Positions 34,960 through 40,601 of a stretch of DNA of 40,601 nt are shown here, piece after piece; position 1 is the first letter of the stretch; the number at the start of each line of letters is the position of its first letter. The notes under the pieces are model-generated. The model had not been told where the DNA came from. It saw nothing but the letters and a program-made list of their open reading frames with translations, and made no database searches. The position numbers and the translations under genes are program-made. Source of the DNA: a virus; IMG/VR virus record IMGVR_UViG_3300027509_000007; one strand, given 5' to 3'.

Positions 34960-35093
34960 GCCGTAGGCCAGTCACCAACTGTTTTAATCACCACTTCCCC
35001 TCTTTTTACAATTAGTGAAGCCTCTAATCGTGTCCTGTTCTGGCGCACCCTAGCGACTAAATACTCTATACATAATTAATTAAAGGCTGATTC

Positions 35094-35513
35094 ATGATTT
35101 TAGAATACATTTTCGCTAACGCAGGTTTTGGCCTTGTTGTCTTTGGTGGCAGCTTAATTAAAGTCCTAAAATCAATGATCGATAATGCTAATGGTGATGG
35201 TCGCAAGGTAAGCAAACTCGAAATTGCTTATGATTTTTTATCCAGTATGTTTTCGGGAACAGTATTCTTTTTGCTAGCGCACCAATTTATTGATAGCTAT
35301 CCAGTGCTTGTGGGCCTCAGTGGGATGGGCTCGTTTTTAGGGGTCAACGGGATGGCCACTTTATTCGACATACTTATGGATATGCTAAGAAAAAAGACTT
35401 CTGAGACAAAAACACCAGAACAACAACCAACACAACACAAACAAGAGGTAGACGATTGGAGTGTTCAACCAGACCAACCTCCTAAAGATTTTGGAGCAAA
35501 CAATGAGCAATAA
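35094..35513 (+). CDS. Holin-like membrane protein, 139 aa, with three hydrophobic helices and a long charged C-terminal tail.
   Basis: Hydrophobic segments are FANAGFGLVVFGGSLI, FSGTVFFLLAHQFI and VLVGLSGMGSFLGVNGMATLF. The C-terminus is rich in K, E and Q. Confidence 0.45.
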   Translation: MILEYIFANAGFGLVVFGGSLIKVLKSMIDNANGDGRKVSKLEIAYDFLSSMFSGTVFFLLAHQFIDSYPVLVGLSGMGSFLGVNGMATLFDILMDMLRKKTSETKTPEQQPTQHKQEVDDWSVQPDQPPKDFGANNEQ

Positions 35514-35682
35514 CCAACAACAGATTGATGATGAAAAAAGTCTCGAACAAATTATTCACGAGCACGCAATGGCTGCGCAAAAAGCAGGTTTCAATAAACA
35601 TTTGTGGAAGATGATTTTTTTGTGTTCAGTGGTGAGTTTTAGCATTTCAGCAATCCTTCATACGTTCGGCCTGTTCCATTAA
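35503..35682 (+). CDS. Membrane paralogue P1, 59 aa. It has the AGFNK box plus one transmembrane helix and no ectodomain.
   Basis: The ATG at 35503 overlaps the end of the holin-like gene. Sequence: AAQKAGFNKHLWKMIFLCSVVSFSISAIL. Confidence 0.5.
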   Translation: MSNNQQQIDDEKSLEQIIHEHAMAAQKAGFNKHLWKMIFLCSVVSFSISAILHTFGLFH

Positions 35683-35683
35683 A

Positions 35684-36211
35684 GTGGATAACAAGAATAG
35701 ATCAGCAGCAAACCGCGCTGGTTTTAATAAAAATATATGGAAGTCAATAATCGTAGGGTTATGTTTATTGTGGGCAGTAACATATTTTTCGAGCAAATTG
35801 CCAATCATCATCTGGCAAAAAGCGGAAATAGTTGAATTGACTGACACATCAGTTTCTCTTGCTGTGTCTGGAATTAAAATTCGAGATTGTGCCTATGTTC
35901 CAAGCAGTCCAACTGGATTCGTAAGAACTGAATACGGCATAAGAAAAATTACAGACTTTGGATATCCAGATATATCCGTTAATCGTTCAAGAGATAGATC
36001 ACCTTTTAGAACACACTTTGGTGTATGGCGTTGGGATTGGAGCAATAATCCAGAGATGAAAGATAAATTAGCATACGAAGTATTATTATTATCACAAAAT
36101 GTGTGTGGTACAAATTCCGTGGTGGCTGTCGATGATGAAATTGGTGGGCACTCAATTACTGGTGATTTACGATTTTCTGTGATTGGTCCATTTAGAGTCC
36201 AGCGAAAGTAA
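35684..36211 (+). CDS. Membrane paralogue P2, 175 aa. It has the AGFNK box, a transmembrane anchor and a Cys-pair ectodomain.
   Basis: The GTG start lies 1 nt after the P1 stop. It shares AANRAGFNKNIWK, SGIKIRDC, WRWDW, SQNVCG and GDLRFSVIGPF with P3. Confidence 0.65.
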   Translation: MDNKNRSAANRAGFNKNIWKSIIVGLCLLWAVTYFSSKLPIIIWQKAEIVELTDTSVSLAVSGIKIRDCAYVPSSPTGFVRTEYGIRKITDFGYPDISVNRSRDRSPFRTHFGVWRWDWSNNPEMKDKLAYEVLLLSQNVCGTNSVVAVDDEIGGHSITGDLRFSVIGPFRVQRK

Positions 36212-36218
36212 TCAAATT

Positions 36219-36755
36219 ATGTCAAACGTCCATACAAGAGCTGCAAAACGTGCTGGCTTTAATAAAAATTCGTGGAAAGCGGTTATTGCAGTGACCGTGG
36301 TTATGCTTCTAGCTGTATATATGGTTAGTAAGTTTCCTGCTATTATAAGAGTTAAAGTTAAAGTTGTTGAACAAACAGCTACATCAATAACTTACTCAGC
36401 ATCAGGCATAAAAATACGCGATTGTGGCTTTATATTTAACAGTCCAGTGGGATACGTTAAAACAGCCGACAGCCGATTATACCTTGCAGATTTCAATTTC
36501 GTGCGAGTGCCAAAAGTTTCATCTGACCCACGATCATTCTTTAGAACAGATATGAAATTCTGGCAATGGGATTGGGGCGAAACACCAGAACTGCAAGGTA
36601 AAACAGTGACTGAGGTTCGAGTAATCTCACAACACGTATGTGGTGATTATTTAATTGAACGAGATGACGATGAAGTTGGAACTCAACATATTAAATCTGG
36701 TGACTTAATATTTTCGATATATGGTCCATTTGATGTTCCAAAAAATCAATTCTGA
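36219..36755 (+). CDS. Membrane paralogue P3, 178 aa.
   Basis: ATG at 36219. It carries AAKRAGFNKNSWK, SGIKIRDC, WQWDW, SQHVCG and GDLIFSIYGPF. Confidence 0.65.
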   Translation: MSNVHTRAAKRAGFNKNSWKAVIAVTVVMLLAVYMVSKFPAIIRVKVKVVEQTATSITYSASGIKIRDCGFIFNSPVGYVKTADSRLYLADFNFVRVPKVSSDPRSFFRTDMKFWQWDWGETPELQGKTVTEVRVISQHVCGDYLIERDDDEVGTQHIKSGDLIFSIYGPFDVPKNQF

Positions 36756-37065
36756 TAAATTGATCATCGGATATTCAATTGTGGTAATGATATGCTCGTG
36801 GTTTTTACTTTCAGGTTTGACACCACCTATTGAAATTCTAAAATATAACGATAGCGTTGTGATTATCGACTTCCAAGAAATTCCTGATTGTGCAAACTAT
36901 AGTGTGGAGAATGGAACGTTCACCTTTGTTGGCAACAGGCCAGAAATAAAACCTAATTATTACCACCCAATCAATGGACGATCACGTTGGGCGTTTATAA
37001 AGTATACGAACGAAATAAAACTTTTAAACGAATGCACTGGTGAAATCACGATGCTTGAGATATAA
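36721..37065 (+). CDS. Membrane-anchored protein P4, 114 aa. It may be a divergent member of the same family.
   Basis: It has an N-terminal transmembrane helix (LIIGYSIVVMICSWFLLSGL) and then IPDC...NECTG, the same Cys-pair layout. The start could be 36721 or 36733. Confidence 0.5.
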   Translation: MVHLMFQKINSDKLIIGYSIVVMICSWFLLSGLTPPIEILKYNDSVVIIDFQEIPDCANYSVENGTFTFVGNRPEIKPNYYHPINGRSRWAFIKYTNEIKLLNECTGEITMLEI

Positions 37066-37522
37066 ACAACTGCCCTATCCAATACGAATCAGCTAGATCA
37101 TAACTTCCAGAAGTTCGAGCATGTTTTGCCAAGAACAATTTTTGAATATCATCAGGCAAAGCATTAAACATTTCTTTCTTCGAAAATTTACCACCACCAG
37201 CATGTTTTTTTACTGATGTGGGTGTCATCTTCGGAATGGTATCAACACCTAATTCAAACATACGATCTTCGATAACTCCAAGCAATGCTGCTAGATTTCG
37301 AGTTGCATCCCCCACACTGCCATATGCAAGACCTTCACATACAACGCTGTTGCATTTGTATTGTTCATACAGCTCCAATATTCGATTTGCAATCAGGTTA
37401 ATTCGAAATACATTCGAACCTGTTTCCTTATCAGTTTTAATGCATTCAAAAAATATTAATTCACCATCTGAAAAGATAGTAATTCCCGTACAGCTAATAC
37501 TTTGATCGATAGACAGCAGCAC
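37046..37522 (-). CDS. RuvC-like Holliday junction resolvase, 158 aa.
   Basis: LSIDQSISCTG (Asp), VVCEGLAY (Glu), TPTSVKKHAGGGK.SKKEM, and DLADSYWI (Asp) follow the RuvC pattern. The start codon is GTG. Confidence 0.8.
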   Translation of the reverse strand: MLLSIDQSISCTGITIFSDGELIFFECIKTDKETGSNVFRINLIANRILELYEQYKCNSVVCEGLAYGSVGDATRNLAALLGVIEDRMFELGVDTIPKMTPTSVKKHAGGGKFSKKEMFNALPDDIQKLFLAKHARTSGSYDLADSYWIGQLFISQAS

Positions 37523-37675
37523 TTACTTTGCAACCTTCTTATCTGCTTCCTTCAGATACCGATAGAAAGGCTGGTACATCGGCGACCGCTCGCGACCTTT
37601 TATACGAGCTTTAATGCCGTGATTGCGCTGTGCTTTATGTTTTGATTTTGGGTAGCCTGCTTTCTGAAAACTCAT
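37523..37675 (-). CDS. Hypothetical basic 50-aa protein. It is below the ORF-track size cutoff.
   Basis: Manual translation gives MSFQKAGYPKSKHKAQRNHGIKARIKGRERSPMYQPFYRYLKEADKKVAK. AGGA lies 9 nt upstream. Its TAA abuts the GTG of the resolvase gene. Confidence 0.5.
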   Translation of the reverse strand: MSFQKAGYPKSKHKAQRNHGIKARIKGRERSPMYQPFYRYLKEADKKVAK

Positions 37676-37744
37676 ATTGATATCCTGTTTCGATATCAGT
37701 AGTTATCACTCTGACACGAGCATGTTTTAAGTGTAAATATAGAC

Positions 37745-38086
37745 ATGCAAAGAAGAATTATCATCGCCCAAAACACTCAATTAGAAATCGAGTTGAATAA
37801 TTACATTCGAAAACATCTTGTGAAATCAGATGATGATGATGATTGCTGGAGATGGAGTGGCCCTAGAACTGTGAAAGTTGGTGAGTACTATTTAAAACCA
37901 CATGTGTTTCTGCTGTGGTTTTTTCGGCGGAACGTTGCGAAAACGGGAACAATCACACGAAAGTGTTCAGATTTTGAGTGTGTTAATCCTTCACATTTTG
38001 CCCACCAAATTAATTTGGCACGTAAAAACAATCAGGGCATCACAAGAATAAAAGTTCAATCCTTACGTAGTTTATCACGCAAATAA
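37745..38086 (+). CDS. HNH_3-like small protein, 113 aa.
   Basis: It carries CWRWSG...Y...PH......C.DFECVNPSHF. This resembles the HNH_3 layout, but the catalytic His positions are unclear. Confidence 0.5.
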   Translation: MQRRIIIAQNTQLEIELNNYIRKHLVKSDDDDDCWRWSGPRTVKVGEYYLKPHVFLLWFFRRNVAKTGTITRKCSDFECVNPSHFAHQINLARKNNQGITRIKVQSLRSLSRK

Positions 38087-38116
38087 CGTTAACTTTTTTT
38101 CATCATATATACGTAT

Positions 38117-38899
38117 ATGCTGAAGAATAATCCTGAACTCATAAAATTTATATACGAATTTTGCGGAACTAATAAAGAGATATCTAATATCACTGGTATT
38201 AATCACCACACAATCGGTAGTATCCGCAATAACCAGTGTCACCTGAAAGTAACAAAAGACTTAACGCTGGCAGCAAACCTGATAACAGATGTCTATCATC
38301 CAGATTTCCCTGAAATAATTAATTCAAAGAATGTATCGAACATGAGAATCAGACGATTCTTAGATAAAATTAAATTCCCTGAAGGTGATATAAAAACAGA
38401 ATGTTGGCAATGGAAAGGTGCATATACTCAAAATAGAAATTATTCATATCCGCTTTATGCTGGGCTAGAGAACCCAACCATCAGACCTTCCAATGGCAAC
38501 AGTCACACCGCAAAAGGTTTCGAACCTACTTCCTACACAGGTAGGATGATGTCTGCAATTCGTTTTTCATATGAAACGTTCTACCCCGACTCAATCAAAA
38601 CTGATAACGTGATATGCCACATTGAAGAATGTGAAAATAATGGACTTCATAGAAAATGCGTTTCACCGTTTCATATTTTTCAAGGCACACATAAACAGAA
38701 TATGGAGATGAAAGATAAACATCAAACTCCTGAAAAGATCGCTAGTATAAAGGCAGTTTATGTAGATGATGGAGTAATTAAAATACTGGCAAAGAAACAC
38801 GGCATTGGAATCACATATACACAGAAGATTAGAGCCGATAAAATATTTACAGAGCACACCCACGATTTAATTCGTGGCGCTAACAAGGTGCAATCATGA
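38117..38899 (+). CDS. HNH_3-like endonuclease / DNA-binding protein with flanking helix-turn-helix-like segments, 260 aa.
   Basis: It carries ECWQWKG...ICHIEECENNGLHRKCVSPFHIFQGTHKQN. An N-terminal ISNITGINHHTIGSIRNN looks like a helix-turn-helix. Confidence 0.55.
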   Translation: MLKNNPELIKFIYEFCGTNKEISNITGINHHTIGSIRNNQCHLKVTKDLTLAANLITDVYHPDFPEIINSKNVSNMRIRRFLDKIKFPEGDIKTECWQWKGAYTQNRNYSYPLYAGLENPTIRPSNGNSHTAKGFEPTSYTGRMMSAIRFSYETFYPDSIKTDNVICHIEECENNGLHRKCVSPFHIFQGTHKQNMEMKDKHQTPEKIASIKAVYVDDGVIKILAKKHGIGITYTQKIRADKIFTEHTHDLIRGANKVQS

Positions 38900-39297
38900 T
38901 TCGCGTTTATATAGTACGTTCTTTTTCAGGCGATATTTTAAATATCTCCATGACAGAAGATATACAGAAAGTGGTTTCAGATTTCGATCACTCTCAAAAA
39001 TGTACGATAGAGGTGCTTTCAGAATTTTCAAATAAGAAAGATGCAATCACCTATATTGATAAGTGGACTCAATTATTATTAGCCGATAAAGGATTCAAAC
39101 AAAAACGACCACCACAAAGAGCCAATCACAACCGCAATAAAAAACGAGTTGTTGACTATGTTGAAATCAAAGGCAAGCGATATGAAACCGTTACTATTGC
39201 TGCAAAAGAACTCGAAGTTGATGCTGATATGCTTCGCGCACGATGCACAAGTGAAACAAATTCATTTTCGGATTATAAAATAATTTACGCTAAGTAA
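38896..39297 (+). CDS. Hypothetical protein, 133 aa, with a C-terminal NUMOD1-like helix-turn-helix.
   Basis: ATGA overlap with the upstream gene. The C-terminus reads KRYETVTIAAKELEVDADMLRARC. Confidence 0.45.
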   Translation: MIRVYIVRSFSGDILNISMTEDIQKVVSDFDHSQKCTIEVLSEFSNKKDAITYIDKWTQLLLADKGFKQKRPPQRANHNRNKKRVVDYVEIKGKRYETVTIAAKELEVDADMLRARCTSETNSFSDYKIIYAK

Positions 39298-39319
39298 TTA
39301 AAGTCAATTTTCATATTAA

Positions 39320-40474
39320 TTAAGGATTCACCCAACCACACGTTCCAGTAACTCCAGAAACTGCTGTCAAAGATAAAACTTGCCCCACTGTACCCATAGT
39401 TGCTGGCAGTACGTAAAACGCATTTCCAGAAAGGGCTGATGGTGGTCTTAACTCGATAAAGTTGCTTCCATTTGTGGTTTGTTCTTGTATGCGGATTCTA
39501 CCAGCTTCGGAAGTTCCACCGAAAATTGTTAGTAAATTGTCTGTCCCTGTATTCTGGAACTGCGCACATACTACGCTTCCAATTTTAATTTCAACGTTAG
39601 TCGTTCCAGCCGTGATTTCAGAACCGCCAGAAAATTCAATACCACCTGCATCGGTTGCTTTCAAATCTCGATCACCATCAACGTATCCTTTTGTAGTGAA
39701 TGCTAAGGCATTAGAACTAGACGTGGTAGCAACACCACGCATTTCTTTATTAACATCTACACGAGAATTATACATGCTAATATCGGTATCCGTTCCACCA
39801 GAAGAATGCTCGCGCCGATGTAACAATCTAGAAGTTGAAGATTGAATGAATCCTGTTTGAGTGCCAGTACGACGAAACAATATAGTGGATGCGCCAGTCG
39901 ATGCGGTACTGTCTAATACTAATGTAGCATTTCCAGTCGATTTTTGGATAGTTATATTATCGGTTAATGTCCCGCCCGTTTTTGGTAAGAATGTATCGAC
40001 ATAATTTTTCGTAGTGAATGAAAGATTATTACTACCAGCAGTAGTAGAAATACCTCTAAATTCTTTGTTTACATTAAGGTAATCATTCCTTAAAAATAGC
40101 TCAGTATTTGTACCCGATGTACTGTGATACCAGCGATTCACAAAATAGGAACTGGTGCTGCCTTTGCGAGCTTTTAAAACGCCATCCATGTAGAAGTCAA
40201 GCAGCGGGAAGGCCCCACCATCTGCTGCAATATTTGTATTTGTGTTACCACTTGCATTTTTAAAGGTCTTGTTTCCCGCGACCGTTTGACTAGTCGTTAA
40301 ACTAACAAAATTATCATCTGCATATTGTTTCGTAGCTGCACCAAGATTAGTGGTTGGATTTGCGTTAAGAATTAATGCACCAGTCATTGTATCGCCAGTT
40401 TTATCTAACTTATCTGTCAGTTGTCCAAGTACATAACCTTTCGTGGTTAAGTCTAAATTATTAACTGGTGTTGC
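39320..40474 (-). CDS. Tail fibre protein, C-terminal 384 codons plus stop. It is the same gene as 1..2994, for 1382 aa in total.
   Basis: The frame is open upstream of the track start (40387) to 40474 and is continuous with position 1. The junction reads ..FNTVVRG|ATPVNNLDLTTKGYV.. It contains two repeated modules of about 110 aa, each ending V(D/N)VNKE(M/F)RG..TT..SN.L.FTTK.YVD. Confidence 0.85.
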   Translation of the reverse strand, partial: ATPVNNLDLTTKGYVLGQLTDKLDKTGDTMTGALILNANPTTNLGAATKQYADDNFVSLTTSQTVAGNKTFKNASGNTNTNIAADGGAFPLLDFYMDGVLKARKGSTSSYFVNRWYHSTSGTNTELFLRNDYLNVNKEFRGISTTAGSNNLSFTTKNYVDTFLPKTGGTLTDNITIQKSTGNATLVLDSTASTGASTILFRRTGTQTGFIQSSTSRLLHRREHSSGGTDTDISMYNSRVDVNKEMRGVATTSSSNALAFTTKGYVDGDRDLKATDAGGIEFSGGSEITAGTTNVEIKIGSVVCAQFQNTGTDNLLTIFGGTSEAGRIRIQEQTTNGSNFIELRPPSALSGNAFYVLPATMGTVGQVLSLTAVSGVTGTCGWVNP

Positions 40475-40601
40475 ACCACGAACTACAGTATTAAATGTTG
40501 CATCGCTTGTATTAAGTTTTAACTCTGCTCCACCATTTTTATTGACTATTATAGCGTCTGATACCGAATTCCAATAAACTTGACCTTTGGTGCTGCCAGA
40601 A
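40475..40601. repeat. Terminal overlap, copy 2. It is identical to 1..127.
   Basis: Read directly from the sequence. Confidence 0.95.

Noticed and set aside
36183-36218. Extended start (MVHLESSESNQI) for paralogue P3, and the similar MVHL start of P4.
   Set aside because: The extension overlaps the conserved GPF(R/D)V-coding end of the preceding paralogue in another frame, so it is a by-product of the duplication. The ATG at 36219 gives an N-terminus collinear with P2. The P4 start remains ambiguous (36721 or 36733).
40475-40601. Genuine direct terminal repeats of a linear genome.
   Set aside because: The repeat lies in the middle of an ORF that is continuous across the junction, and its length equals a common assembler k-mer (127). 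I cannot formally exclude true terminal repeats without read data.

Overview
The window is a complete, circularly closed phage genome of about 40,474 bp. The first 127 nt are identical to the last 127 nt, and a long minus-strand ORF reads straight through that junction. The genome is AT-rich and compositionally patchy: roughly 22-33% GC in the early region, about 38-40% in the structural genes, and about 50% in a small island at 34.0-35.1 kb.

Gene order on the minus strand, in the direction of transcription:
- Tyrosine integrase (31976..33217) and a small GC-rich gene overlapping it.
- A tightly packed early block of small unknown genes, many with ATGA or TAATG overlaps.
- A 1062-aa primase/helicase-like replication protein.
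- A 1.1-kb ORF-free, repeat-rich region (23067..24175).
- A late block with an HK97-type head and a lambda-type tail: putative small terminase, large terminase, portal fused to an HK97-type prohead protease, major capsid protein, head-tail connector genes, major tail protein, G/G-T chaperone pair with a U_UUU_UUC -1 slippery site, tape measure, lambda M/L/K/I/J-like tip genes, a 280-aa unknown, and a 1382-aa modular tail fibre that wraps across the window ends.

A plus-strand accessory block (34029..39297) holds a GC-rich two-gene island, a holin-like protein, four tandem membrane-anchored paralogues, a convergent RuvC-like resolvase, and HNH/HTH-like proteins. I could not recognise an endolysin, a CI/Cro-type repressor, or any tRNA, rRNA or CRISPR array.

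The most unusual observation concerns the large terminase. Its reading frame is interrupted by a single in-frame TAA. That stop lies in the loop of a perfect 16-bp hairpin, within a 57-nt segment that splits the Walker A P-loop (GRGFG | 19 codons | KT). No other core gene I examined (structural, replication, integrase) appears interrupted. This suggests programmed translational bypassing or another recoding or excision event, rather than simple gene decay.

All functional calls rest on my reading of the translated ORFs and on recalled family motifs. No database search was possible.
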